A stretch of 64,000 nucleotides of DNA, from NCBI GenBank assembly GCA_016934855.1, contig JAFGSA010000025.1:231-64230 (forward strand), given 5' to 3'. This DNA is from Elusimicrobiota bacterium. GTDB lineage: Bacteria; CG03; SLGR01; JAFGSA01. The position numbers were made by a program, and so were the translations under genes. Positions 45,414 through 54,267 of this stretch are shown piece by piece (within the stretch, counting starts at the first letter, position 1; each line of letters begins with the position of its first letter). Under the pieces are notes generated by a model. That model made no database searches and was not told the origin of the DNA. It worked only from the letters and a program-made list of their open reading frames with translations.

Positions 45414-46633
45414 AAAACGTTTTGGTTCTCAACTGCGGCAGCTCGTCGGTAAAGTACGAGCTCATGAATGTGGAAAACTCCAGGGTGCTGGCCCGGGGAC
45501 TGGTGGAAAAGATAGGTATGGAAGATGCTGTGGTTAATCATCATTATCTTAAGGGGGAAGACTACAGCGACGTAAAACTGGTTAAGAACATACTGACACA
45601 CAGGGAAGGTATAAGGATAGTGGTGGGGCTTCTGACGGACGCGGAAGTGGGGGTCGTGGGAGACCTGGCTGATATATACGGCATCGGGCACAGGGTGGTC
45701 CACGGAGGCGAGGCGTACACCGACCCCGCGTACGTGACGCAGGAAGTGAAGGACGATATAAAAAAGTGCATAGAACTCGCTCCTCTGCATAACCCGCACC
45801 ACCTTGCCGGTATTGAAGCCTGCGACAGCCTGATCCCCGATCATCACCAGGTCGTCGTTTTTGACACCGCTTTCCATCAGACGATGCCCAAGAAGGCCTA
45901 TATATACGGCCTGCCGTACGAGATGTACAAGAAGTACGGGATAAGGAGATACGGATTTCACGGGACTTCGCACCAGTACGTAGCTCAAAAGGCGGCCCAG
46001 ATATATAAGAAGCGGATAACCGATCTTAAGATAATATCATGCCATCTCGGCAACGGCGCCAGCGTGTGCGCGATAAAAGACGGCAAATCTATCGACACCT
46101 CCATGGGGTTTACGCCGCTGCCGGGCCTGGTGATGGGTACAAGGACTGGGGATATAGACCCGTATATAGTCCTTTACTTGATGAACAAGGATGCTCTTTC
46201 TTTCGCCGAAGTAAATACTCTTCTCAACAGGCATTCGGGGCTTTACGGCCTTTCGGGTATTTCCCGGGATTTCAGGCAGATCATAAAGGAAGTAAAAAAA
46301 GGTGACGAGAGGGCCAGGCTGGCCGTTGATATTTTCGTCTACCGGATCAAGCATTACATAGGGGCCTACACCGCAATAATGAACGGACTAGACATTCTTG
46401 TATTTACCGCAGGCATAGGAGAGAATTCCATAGAGCTCAGAGAGATGGTGTGCAGCAATATGGAGTATCTCGGAATAAACCTGGATGAGAAGAAAAACAG
46501 GGAGTTCAACAGCCAGGAAGCCGTAATATCGAAAGACGACTCCGAGATAAAGGTAATGTGTATACCTACCAACGAGGAGCTCCTTATAGCTACCGAGACG
46601 GCCCGGGTAATAGACGGTATGAAGAAAAGCTGA
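45410..46633 (+). CDS. ackA: Acetate kinase
   Basis: Motifs VLVLNCGSSSVKY, GHRVVHGG, RRYGFHGTSH, CHLGNGAS and FTAGIGENS. The ATG at 45410 forms an ATGA overlap with the ndk stop. Confidence 0.92.
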   Translation: MKNVLVLNCGSSSVKYELMNVENSRVLARGLVEKIGMEDAVVNHHYLKGEDYSDVKLVKNILTHREGIRIVVGLLTDAEVGVVGDLADIYGIGHRVVHGGEAYTDPAYVTQEVKDDIKKCIELAPLHNPHHLAGIEACDSLIPDHHQVVVFDTAFHQTMPKKAYIYGLPYEMYKKYGIRRYGFHGTSHQYVAQKAAQIYKKRITDLKIISCHLGNGASVCAIKDGKSIDTSMGFTPLPGLVMGTRTGDIDPYIVLYLMNKDALSFAEVNTLLNRHSGLYGLSGISRDFRQIIKEVKKGDERARLAVDIFVYRIKHYIGAYTAIMNGLDILVFTAGIGENSIELREMVCSNMEYLGINLDEKKNREFNSQEAVISKDDSEIKVMCIPTNEELLIATETARVIDGMKKS

Positions 46634-46645
46634 GCTCGGGAAAAC

Positions 46646-46897
46646 ATGAAAAAGAATGAAATGAATGAAAAGAAGCAGGTTGCAGGCAGGGTCCTGGAAT
46701 GCCCTAAGTGCGGCAAAAAGACAAGATCCGCAAAAGACAATTTCTGTCCCGCTTGCGGCATCGAGGTGTTTACTCCCGAAATAGACCTCAAATGGAATAT
46801 CAGGACGATTAGCCTTATTATAGTCATCGTCGTCACCCTGTATATGCTGTATCTGGTCTTCAAGCCCGTTCTTTATTACTGGCTGGACCAGATATAG
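46646..46897 (+). CDS. Small zinc-ribbon membrane protein (hypothetical)
   Basis: CPKCG...CPACG zinc-ribbon pattern followed by one TM helix (ISLIIVIVVTLYMLYLVF). Confidence 0.45.
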   Translation: MKKNEMNEKKQVAGRVLECPKCGKKTRSAKDNFCPACGIEVFTPEIDLKWNIRTISLIIVIVVTLYMLYLVFKPVLYYWLDQI

Positions 46898-46925
46898 GAA
46901 AATATGCGAGCACAGATTGCAAATA

Positions 46926-46954
46926 TTGACAAAAACCCAAGAAACTGTTAAAAG
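46926..46954 (+). promoter_or_regulatory. Candidate promoter upstream of rpmF (TTGACA-17 nt-TAAAAG)
   Basis: Perfect -35 TTGACA at 46926-46931 and a weak -10 TAAAAG at 46949-46954, preceded by TG at 46947-46948. It lies in the 92-nt gap before rpmF. Confidence 0.3.
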
Positions 46955-46989
46955 TAAAAAAATTATTTTAAAAGCAAGAGGTTCAAATA

Positions 46990-47175
46990 ATGGCAGTACC
47001 CAAAAGAAGACAATCACTATCAAGGACGAATAAAAGAAGGTCGGCAAAGAAGATCTCTAATATTCAGTACAGTATCTGCCCGCAGTGCGGCAGCACCAAG
47101 CTTCCCCATAGAATATGCGGCGAATGCGGATACTATAATAAGAAGCAGATCATAAACAAAGACAAAGAGAATTAA
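46990..47175 (+). CDS. rpmF: 50S ribosomal protein L32 (zinc-ribbon form)
   Basis: N-terminus MAVPKRRQSLSRTNKRRS and CPQCG...CGECG. RBS AGAGG upstream. Confidence 0.92.
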   Translation: MAVPKRRQSLSRTNKRRSAKKISNIQYSICPQCGSTKLPHRICGECGYYNKKQIINKDKEN

Positions 47176-47226
47176 AACCATCGGGCAGTCAAAGGCCTGT
47201 ACTGTTATCTGCGGAGGTTTAAAAGC

Positions 47227-48258
47227 ATGAAAATCGCACTGGATGCTATGGGTGGGGATAATGCTCCGGGTCCCAATATAGACGGGGCTATCCTGGCCAT
47301 AGATCCTGACAGCCGGGAAAATATATCCCGCAAGCATAATATAGAGATAGTGCTTGTGGGGAAGAAAGACATAATAAAAAAAGAACTCATATCCAGGGGC
47401 GCCCAGACACTGCCTTTAGAGATTCACGACGCGTCCGAGGTCATAGCCATGGACGAACCTCCTATTGAGGCCTGTACAAAAAAGACCGGATCATCAATAA
47501 TCATCGGAGTAAACCTTTTACGGGACGGCAAAGTCGACGCCTTCGTTTCCGCGGGCAATTCCGGCGCCATCATGGCGGCGGCGGCAATCAACCTGAAGAG
47601 GATAAGGGGGGTGAGAAGGCCGGTAATAGCGTCATCTTTTCCTACTCTGGAAGAACCGTGCGTTATACTGGATGTCGGCGCTAACGCGGAGTGCAAGCCC
47701 AAACACCTGTTTCAGTTCGCAACGATGGGCGAGGCATACGTTAAATATGTCTTTAAAAGGAGGATACCGCGGGTGGCCCTGCTGAGTATGGGTAGGGAAG
47801 AAGGAAAGGGTAACAGGCTCGTGCAGGATACCTACCAGATGCTGCTTAAGAGCGATCTGAATTTCATTGGGAACATAGAAGGGAACGATATACTCAAGGG
47901 GATCGCCGACGTGATAGTGTGCGACGGGTTTGTCGGGAACATTGTGCTGAAATTCGGAGAAAGCGTTGCCCGGTCCATGCTGGAGCTGCTTCGCCAGGAG
48001 GTGGAAAAGAGCACGATCAGAAAGATAGGTGCCGGCATAATGCGCGGTGCTTTCAGGGATATAAGGAAAAAGATCGATTACGAAGAAGTAGGCGGAGCGC
48101 TGCTGCTCGGCGTTACAGGCACATGCATAATATCCCACGGCGTATCTAACGCCAAGGCAATTAAAAATTCCATAAATACGGCGGCCGAATTCGTCGAACA
48201 GGATGTCAATAAACATATAGAAAACGCTATTAATAAAGGGGGTTTGATGCTGAAATGA
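47227..48258 (+). CDS. plsX: Phosphate acyltransferase PlsX
   Basis: Motifs MKIALDAMGGDNAP, VSAGNSGA and CDGFVGN. Classic rpmF-plsX-fab synteny. Confidence 0.92.
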   Translation: MKIALDAMGGDNAPGPNIDGAILAIDPDSRENISRKHNIEIVLVGKKDIIKKELISRGAQTLPLEIHDASEVIAMDEPPIEACTKKTGSSIIIGVNLLRDGKVDAFVSAGNSGAIMAAAAINLKRIRGVRRPVIASSFPTLEEPCVILDVGANAECKPKHLFQFATMGEAYVKYVFKRRIPRVALLSMGREEGKGNRLVQDTYQMLLKSDLNFIGNIEGNDILKGIADVIVCDGFVGNIVLKFGESVARSMLELLRQEVEKSTIRKIGAGIMRGAFRDIRKKIDYEEVGGALLLGVTGTCIISHGVSNAKAIKNSINTAAEFVEQDVNKHIENAINKGGLMLK

Positions 48259-49190
48259 CCGGACGCAGCATGGCATTTATCTTCCCGGGGCAAGGCTCGC
48301 AGAAACCCGGTATGGGAATGGAATTCGCGCAGGGGAACACATGGGCCGACAGGATGTGGGAAGAAGCAAACGACATTCTGGGATATGATCTGAGAGCGAA
48401 AATATCCGGTGGAACACAGGAAGAGCTTAACCAGACGCTGATAACTCAGCCCGCCGTATATATGACCGAGATGATTACTTTCCAGGCATTGTCCAATGCC
48501 GGCATCTCTCCCGGGATAACCGCCGGGCACAGCCTGGGGGAATATGCGGCTGTGGCGGCATCCGGTGCTCTTTCATGGCAGAAAGGGCTCGAACTCGTAA
48601 AATTCAGGGCCGAGACTTTTGAGGAAGTAGCCTCCAGGAAACCCGGGGGAATGCTCGCGGTAATAGGGATGGATGAAGGTGCGCTGGCCGGCATCGTGGG
48701 GCAGGCCGGCGGAGTATGCGAGATAGTCAATTATAACTCTCCCGGCCAGATGGTCGTCAGCCTTGAAAAGGACCTTGTCGGGACCATGGCCGCGAAGATA
48801 AAGGAAGCCGGCGCCAAGCTTGTTGTACCCCTGAAGGTAAGCGGCGGATTTCATTCATCCTTGATGGATGACGCGGTCGGGCCCATGAAGGACAAGATAG
48901 ACGGGATGAGTTTCAACCAGCCTTCGGCGGATATATATGTGAACTGGACGGGAGAAAAAACGGGAACGGCGGATTTGATAAAAGAAGCGCTGGTCAGACA
49001 GGTCAACTCGGCAGTCAGGTGGATAACGGCGATAAACAATATTTCCGCCGCAAGTTGCGGTGATATCACATTTCTGGAGGTCGGTCCGGGAAACGTACTG
49101 CAGGGGCTGCTTAAAAGGATAGACCGTAAGCTGGATGTCAGGGGGATAGCCTTACCGGCTGACATTGATAAACTGATACAGGAGGGATGA
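48255..49190 (+). CDS. fabD: Malonyl-CoA:ACP transacylase
   Basis: Motifs FIFPGQGSQ and active-site GHSLGEY. ATGA overlap with plsX. Confidence 0.92.
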   Translation: MTGRSMAFIFPGQGSQKPGMGMEFAQGNTWADRMWEEANDILGYDLRAKISGGTQEELNQTLITQPAVYMTEMITFQALSNAGISPGITAGHSLGEYAAVAASGALSWQKGLELVKFRAETFEEVASRKPGGMLAVIGMDEGALAGIVGQAGGVCEIVNYNSPGQMVVSLEKDLVGTMAAKIKEAGAKLVVPLKVSGGFHSSLMDDAVGPMKDKIDGMSFNQPSADIYVNWTGEKTGTADLIKEALVRQVNSAVRWITAINNISAASCGDITFLEVGPGNVLQGLLKRIDRKLDVRGIALPADIDKLIQEG

Positions 49191-49921
49191 ACATGGATAA
49201 TCGAGGCAGGATAGCCCTTGTAACCGGCGGCGCGCAGGGGATAGGGAAAGCTATTTCGCAGAGACTGTTCAAAGACGGCTGCGGGATTGTTGTAGTCGAC
49301 ATAAACGAAGACCTGGCGAGGAGCGCGGCACAGGAGTTCGGCGGGGATTATTATACTGTGGACGTCAGGGATATGGACGGGGTCGAAAAAGTCGTTGATA
49401 AGATAATTGAAAAACGCGGCAAAATAGATATACTTGTTAACAATGCCGGGATCACCAAAGACACGCTCTTGATAAAAATGAGCACGGAAGACTGGGAAAA
49501 CGTCATTGACATCAACCTGAAGGGCGTATTCAATTTCTCCAAGCAGGTGGTGAAGAAATCGATGATGAAGAACAGGTCGGGCTGCGTGGTCAATATAGCG
49601 TCCATAGTGGGGATTATAGGCAATATAGGGCAGGTTAATTATTCCGCTTCGAAGGGCGGCGTGATAGCGATGACGAAGACCATGGCCAAGGAGCTGGCTA
49701 AGAGGAATATACGCGTGAACGCGGTCGCTCCCGGTTTTATAAGGACCGTTATGACTGACAGGCTCCCTGATGCCGTAAAGGAAAAATTCATGGAGAATAT
49801 ACCGATGGGCAGGCTGGGACTTCCCGAGGAAGTGGCGTCGGTAGTCAGTTTCCTGGTCTCGGAGGATGCCGGATATGTCACCGGGCAGGTCTTGAACATC
49901 GATGGCGGCATGGTCATGTAG
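49187..49921 (+). CDS. fabG: 3-oxoacyl-ACP reductase
   Basis: Motifs VTGGAQGIGKA, NNAGI and YSASKGG. ATGA overlap with fabD. Confidence 0.92.
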   Translation: MNMDNRGRIALVTGGAQGIGKAISQRLFKDGCGIVVVDINEDLARSAAQEFGGDYYTVDVRDMDGVEKVVDKIIEKRGKIDILVNNAGITKDTLLIKMSTEDWENVIDINLKGVFNFSKQVVKKSMMKNRSGCVVNIASIVGIIGNIGQVNYSASKGGVIAMTKTMAKELAKRNIRVNAVAPGFIRTVMTDRLPDAVKEKFMENIPMGRLGLPEEVASVVSFLVSEDAGYVTGQVLNIDGGMVM

Positions 49922-49938
49922 GTATCAGCCGGGGGTAC

Positions 49939-49966
49939 TTGTTTATACAAAAAAAATTTATATAAT
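49939..49966 (+). promoter_or_regulatory. Candidate internal promoter for acpP (TTGTTT-16 nt-TATAAT)
   Basis: TTGTTT at 49939-49944 and TATAAT at 49961-49966, in the 81 to 87-nt gap between fabG and acpP. Confidence 0.35.
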
Positions 49967-50008
49967 AAGAACGTAAAAAACGAACATTCAAGAAAGGAGA
50001 ATATGGAT

Positions 50009-50251
50009 ATGGCTTCAATCGAAGAAAGAGTAAAGGAGATCATAGTTGAACAGCTCGGAGTGGAAGCAAGCGAAGTGACCGAGGAAGCGTCTTTTATAAA
50101 CGATCTCGGCGCGGATTCGCTCGATACAGTCGAGCTTGTAATGGCCCTCGAAGAAGAATTCGACCAGGAGATTCCCGATGAAGAAGCGGAAAAACTCGAC
50201 ACGGTCGGAAAAGCTATAGAATATATTAAATCCAACGCAAAAGAAGGCTGA
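50009..50251 (+). CDS. acpP: Acyl carrier protein
   Basis: Phosphopantetheine site [13 protein letters not shown]. The ATG at 50009 is 8 nt from the RBS AAAGGAGA. The listed ATG at 50003 is only 2 nt from it. Confidence 0.93.
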   Translation: MASIEERVKEIIVEQLGVEASEVTEEASFINDLGADSLDTVELVMALEEEFDQEIPDEEAEKLDTVGKAIEYIKSNAKEG

Positions 50252-50278
50252 AAAATCGTATTACAGCGAAATATTGTC

Positions 50279-50316
50279 TCTCCATGTCGTGAAATGACAT
50301 GGAGAACAGTATTTTA
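50279..50316 (+). terminator. Stem-loop (10-bp perfect stem, 7-nt loop) followed by a T-rich stretch; candidate partial terminator or processing site between acpP and fabF
   Basis: TCTCCATGTC at 50279-50288, loop GTGAAAT, and GACATGGAGA at 50296-50305. The following sequence is ACAGTATTTTATC. It lies 28 nt after the acpP stop. Confidence 0.45.
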
Positions 50317-50341
50317 TCATGATATAATCCGGAGATGATAT

Positions 50342-51592
50342 ATGGATAAAAGAAGAGTTGTTATTACCGGTATGGGCGCCGTCACTTCTGTCGGCAATAA
50401 CGTGCAGGACTTCTGGTCGTCCCTGCTGGCGGGCAAGTCCGGTATAGGCAAGATCACCAGATACGATACGGCCGGGTATGACACTGATATAGCAGGCGAG
50501 ATAAGGGATTTCGATCCCGTCGCGTTCGGAATAGAAGCCAAAAAGGCGAGAAGAGTGGACCTCTTTGTGCTTTTTGCGCTCGCGGCTGCCAAAGAAGCCT
50601 ATGAAACAAGCGGACTCGATATAGACAAAGAGGATCCTTTCCGCTGCGGCGTGATAATCGGCAGCGGTATCGGCGGGCTTCTGACGGTCGAAAGGGAGCA
50701 TATCAAACTGCTTGAGAAAGGACCCAAGAGAGTAAGCCCTTTTCTGATCCCGGCTATGATAGTAGATATTGCCGCAGGCGAGGTCGCGATAAAATACAAT
50801 TTCATGGGAGTAAATTACGGCGTAGTGAGCGCATGCGCTTCGAGCGCCCATGCCATAGGAGATTCGTTCAGGATGATCCAGCACGGCGATGCCGATATAG
50901 TGTTATCCGGCGGAGCGGAAGCCGCGACTACGACCCTCGGGTTAAGCGGATTCTGTTCGGCAAAAGCGCTCTCGACCGCTAAAAATGATTCTCCCGAAAG
51001 GGCATCCCGGCCTTTTGACAGGGACAGGGACGGGTTCGTAATGTCGGAAGGCGCCGGCATACTGGTGCTGGAAGAACTCGAGCATGCCAAAAAGCGCGGC
51101 GCGAACATACTGGCAGAAATAATCGGCTACGGAGCCACGGCCGATGCGTACCATATCACGGCTCCTCATCCCGAGGGCGCGGGCGGCATCCAGGCGATGA
51201 AGGCTGCGATAAAAGACGCGCGGATCGATCCCTCGGATATACAGTATATCAATGCTCACGGCACCTCCACCCAGCTCAACGACAAAGCCGAGACTATCGT
51301 GATAAAAGAAGTCTTCGGAGACCATGCGTCCAGGATCATGATATCTTCTACCAAGTCCATGGTGGGCCATATGCTGGGTGCGGCAGGAGCCGCCGAGCTT
51401 ATAGCAACCATTAAATCCATCAACGAAAAAGTAGTACATCCTACTATAAACTATGAGACACCCGATCCGGATTGCGATCTGGATTATGTTCCTAACGAGC
51501 CCCGCGAAGCCGAAGTGAAAGCGGCTCTGTCAAACTCGCTGGGATTCGGCGGCCATAATGCTTCATTGATTGTCAAGAAGTTTAGTGGTTAA
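50342..51592 (+). CDS. fabF: 3-oxoacyl-ACP synthase II
   Basis: Active-site Cys in SACASSAH, NAHGTST, and GHMLGAAG with C-terminal GFGGHNASL. Confidence 0.93.
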   Translation: MDKRRVVITGMGAVTSVGNNVQDFWSSLLAGKSGIGKITRYDTAGYDTDIAGEIRDFDPVAFGIEAKKARRVDLFVLFALAAAKEAYETSGLDIDKEDPFRCGVIIGSGIGGLLTVEREHIKLLEKGPKRVSPFLIPAMIVDIAAGEVAIKYNFMGVNYGVVSACASSAHAIGDSFRMIQHGDADIVLSGGAEAATTTLGLSGFCSAKALSTAKNDSPERASRPFDRDRDGFVMSEGAGILVLEELEHAKKRGANILAEIIGYGATADAYHITAPHPEGAGGIQAMKAAIKDARIDPSDIQYINAHGTSTQLNDKAETIVIKEVFGDHASRIMISSTKSMVGHMLGAAGAAELIATIKSINEKVVHPTINYETPDPDCDLDYVPNEPREAEVKAALSNSLGFGGHNASLIVKKFSG

Positions 51593-52277
51593 AGATAAAG
51601 ATAAGTCACTTAAAAATCTGTCCGATGTTCTGGGTGTCAAATTTAAAGATAAATCCCTGCTTGATAAAGCTCTTGTTCACAGGTCATATGCTTCACAGCA
51701 TCAGATCGCGAAAGACAACGAGCGCCTGGAGTACCTGGGAGACAGCATACTGAATGCTTGCGTAACGGATTTCCTGTATCACAGGTTCCCGGAAAAGAAC
51801 GAGGGGGATCTGACGAAGATACGCGCCAGGCTTGTTTCAAGGCGCAAACTCAAGGAATGGGGTGCGGAGCTGAATCTCAAGGATTATATATTCCTGGGGG
51901 AAGACGTAGAGAAGTACGTGGGCGAGGGATACACCCATATCGTCGAAGATACGCTGGAGGCGATAATAGGCGCTATTTACCTTGACCGGGGTTTCAAGAC
52001 CGTCTACAGGTTTATTGAAAAATACATAAAACAGCAGGATTTTTACAGGATATTCGATTTTAAATCGAAGCTGCAGGAATATTCCCTGAACAGATACAAG
52101 ACGATCCCCGCGTATAACATAATACGTGAGTCAGGCCCGCCGCATCAGAGGACTTTTGTCGTACAGGTGGAAGTCAACGGCAGGATCTGCGGGGAGGGTC
52201 TCGGCGGCAGCAAGAAAGAGGCCCAGCAGAATGCCGCGAAACAGGCTTTTGAGAAACTCGAAACAGAAAGAAATTAA
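51570..52277 (+). CDS. rnc: Ribonuclease III
   Basis: Signature NERLEYLGDSIL, EDTLEAIIGAIYLD, and a C-terminal dsRBD (GPPHQRTFVVQVEV...GGSKKEAQQNAA). The start is uncertain: TTG 51570 or GTG 51585, both overlapping the fabF 3' end. Confidence 0.88.
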   Translation: MSRSLVVKDKDKSLKNLSDVLGVKFKDKSLLDKALVHRSYASQHQIAKDNERLEYLGDSILNACVTDFLYHRFPEKNEGDLTKIRARLVSRRKLKEWGAELNLKDYIFLGEDVEKYVGEGYTHIVEDTLEAIIGAIYLDRGFKTVYRFIEKYIKQQDFYRIFDFKSKLQEYSLNRYKTIPAYNIIRESGPPHQRTFVVQVEVNGRICGEGLGGSKKEAQQNAAKQAFEKLETERN

Positions 52278-52288
52278 GGAGGAATGAG

Positions 52289-53452
52289 ATGATAAATTAC
52301 GGTTTTACCGAACAGCAGATAATGATAAGGGACCTGGCTAGGCAGATAGCTCAGGAAAAAGTGGTGCCGGTCAGGGCCGAGCTGGATGAAAAAGGCGAGT
52401 TCCCGCGGGAGATAGTAAAGCTGCTGGCGGACAGCGACCTTTTCAGAGTATTCATCCCGGAAGAATACGGCGGGCTGGGCGGCGGCGCACTGGACCTGTG
52501 TATAGTTACGGAAGAGCTGTCAAAGGCCTGCGCGGGCGTGGCTGTCAGTTATGCCGCGTCGGCGCTGGGAACACTGCCTCTGGCACTCTTCGGAAGCGAC
52601 GAGCAGAAAAAGAAATACATGCCTGACATAGCCAGCGGCAAGAAACTGGCGGCTTTCGGGCTCACCGAGCCTAATGCCGGAAGCGATGCCGGCGGAATAG
52701 AGACTACAGCCAGGAAAGACGGCAGCGAATATGTTTTGAACGGAAACAAGATATTCATAACCAACGGCGGCGAAGCCGAAATATATACGGTCATAGCCAT
52801 GACAAACCGGGGAAAAGGGGCGCGAGGCGCTTCCGCGTTTATAGTGGACAAAGGCACCAAGGGATTCGATTTCGGGAAAGAAGAAAATAAAATGGGTATA
52901 AGGGCATCCGCGACCCGCGAGTTAATATTCGACGAGTGCCGGATCCCGGCAGATAATCTTATCGGGAGAGAAGGGATGGGATTCATAGTCGCTATGAGAA
53001 CCTTCGACAATTCGCGGCCCGGCATAGGAGCGCAGGCCGTGGGTATCGCTCAGGGAGCTCTTGACGAAGCGGTGCGGTATGCTACCCAGAGAGTACAGTT
53101 CGGCCAGCCGGTATCTTCGTTCCAGGCTATCAGGCACATGATCGCGGATATGGCGACAAAGATAGAGGCGGCGAGAACGCTGGTCTATTATGCTGCCAGG
53201 CTTGTAGACAGCGGCGCTAAAAATATGTCCAAGTTTAGCGCGATGGCCAAGCTGTTTTCTTCCGATATGGCCATGGAAGTTACGACGAACGCAGTCCAGA
53301 TATTCGGCGGCTACGGCTATATGCGCGAATATCCCGCTGAAAAATACATGAGGGACGCTAAAATAACCCAGATATACGAAGGAACAAATCAGGTCCAGCG
53401 GGATGTCATCGGGCTTGAAGTCATAAAGGAAAGCAAGAGAAACAGCAGATAA
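52289..53452 (+). CDS. Acyl-CoA dehydrogenase (short/butyryl-chain type)
   Basis: Motifs GLTEPNAGSD, QIFGGYGY and catalytic-Glu context YEGTNQVQR. Confidence 0.9.
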   Translation: MINYGFTEQQIMIRDLARQIAQEKVVPVRAELDEKGEFPREIVKLLADSDLFRVFIPEEYGGLGGGALDLCIVTEELSKACAGVAVSYAASALGTLPLALFGSDEQKKKYMPDIASGKKLAAFGLTEPNAGSDAGGIETTARKDGSEYVLNGNKIFITNGGEAEIYTVIAMTNRGKGARGASAFIVDKGTKGFDFGKEENKMGIRASATRELIFDECRIPADNLIGREGMGFIVAMRTFDNSRPGIGAQAVGIAQGALDEAVRYATQRVQFGQPVSSFQAIRHMIADMATKIEAARTLVYYAARLVDSGAKNMSKFSAMAKLFSSDMAMEVTTNAVQIFGGYGYMREYPAEKYMRDAKITQIYEGTNQVQRDVIGLEVIKESKRNSR

Positions 53453-53481
53453 ATCCCGGTTCAGGAGAGGAGTTTTTACGG

Positions 53482-54267
53482 ATGAAAATAGTAGTTTGTA
53501 TTAAACAGGTACCCGATACGACGGAAGTAAAGATAAATCCCGAAACGAACACGCTGGTAAGGGAAGGGGTGGAATCTATCATAAATCCGTTCGATATGTA
53601 TGCCATAGAAGAGGGTCTGCGGATAAAAGAGAGGCTGAACGGAGAGGTAGTGGCGCTGTGTATGGGTCCGCCGCAGGCCGAAGCGGCGCTCAAGGAAGCC
53701 CTGTCTCTGGGATGCGACGGAGCGGTCCTTCTTACAGACAGGAGTTTCGCCGGAGCGGATACGCTGGCTACGGCTTACACTCTTTCAAGGGGCATTAAGA
53801 GCATTAAGGATGTGGACCTGATAATATGCGGCAAACAGGCCATAGACGGCGATACCGCGCAGGTCGGACCCGGAATAGCCGAGATGCTCGATCTTCCGTG
53901 CATAACCTATGTGGGAAAGGTGGAAGAAATAGACGATAAACATATCAAGGCATACAGGATGATGGAAGGCGGATACAATGTCATAGAAGCCAGCGTGCCG
54001 TGCCTTATCACCGTTGTAAAAGAGATCAACGAGCCGCGGCTTCCGTCTTTAAGGGGCAAGATGAATGCCATGAAGGCGCAGATAACGAAATGGAGCGCGG
54101 CAGACATAGCCTGCGAGGTCGACAGGATCGGGCAGATGGGTTCTCCCACCTGGGTAAGAAAAATTTTCGCGCCGCCTAAAAGGGAAAAGGGCATGATATT
54201 CAAGGGCGAGCCCCCGGATACCGTCGGGGGACTGTTATCAGCCCTGAAAGATAAAGGGGTGCTGTGA
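53482..54267 (+). CDS. etfB: Electron transfer flavoprotein, beta subunit
   Basis: N-terminus MKIVVCIKQVPD, plus CGKQAIDGDTAQVG. Confidence 0.9.
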   Translation: MKIVVCIKQVPDTTEVKINPETNTLVREGVESIINPFDMYAIEEGLRIKERLNGEVVALCMGPPQAEAALKEALSLGCDGAVLLTDRSFAGADTLATAYTLSRGIKSIKDVDLIICGKQAIDGDTAQVGPGIAEMLDLPCITYVGKVEEIDDKHIKAYRMMEGGYNVIEASVPCLITVVKEINEPRLPSLRGKMNAMKAQITKWSAADIACEVDRIGQMGSPTWVRKIFAPPKREKGMIFKGEPPDTVGGLLSALKDKGVL

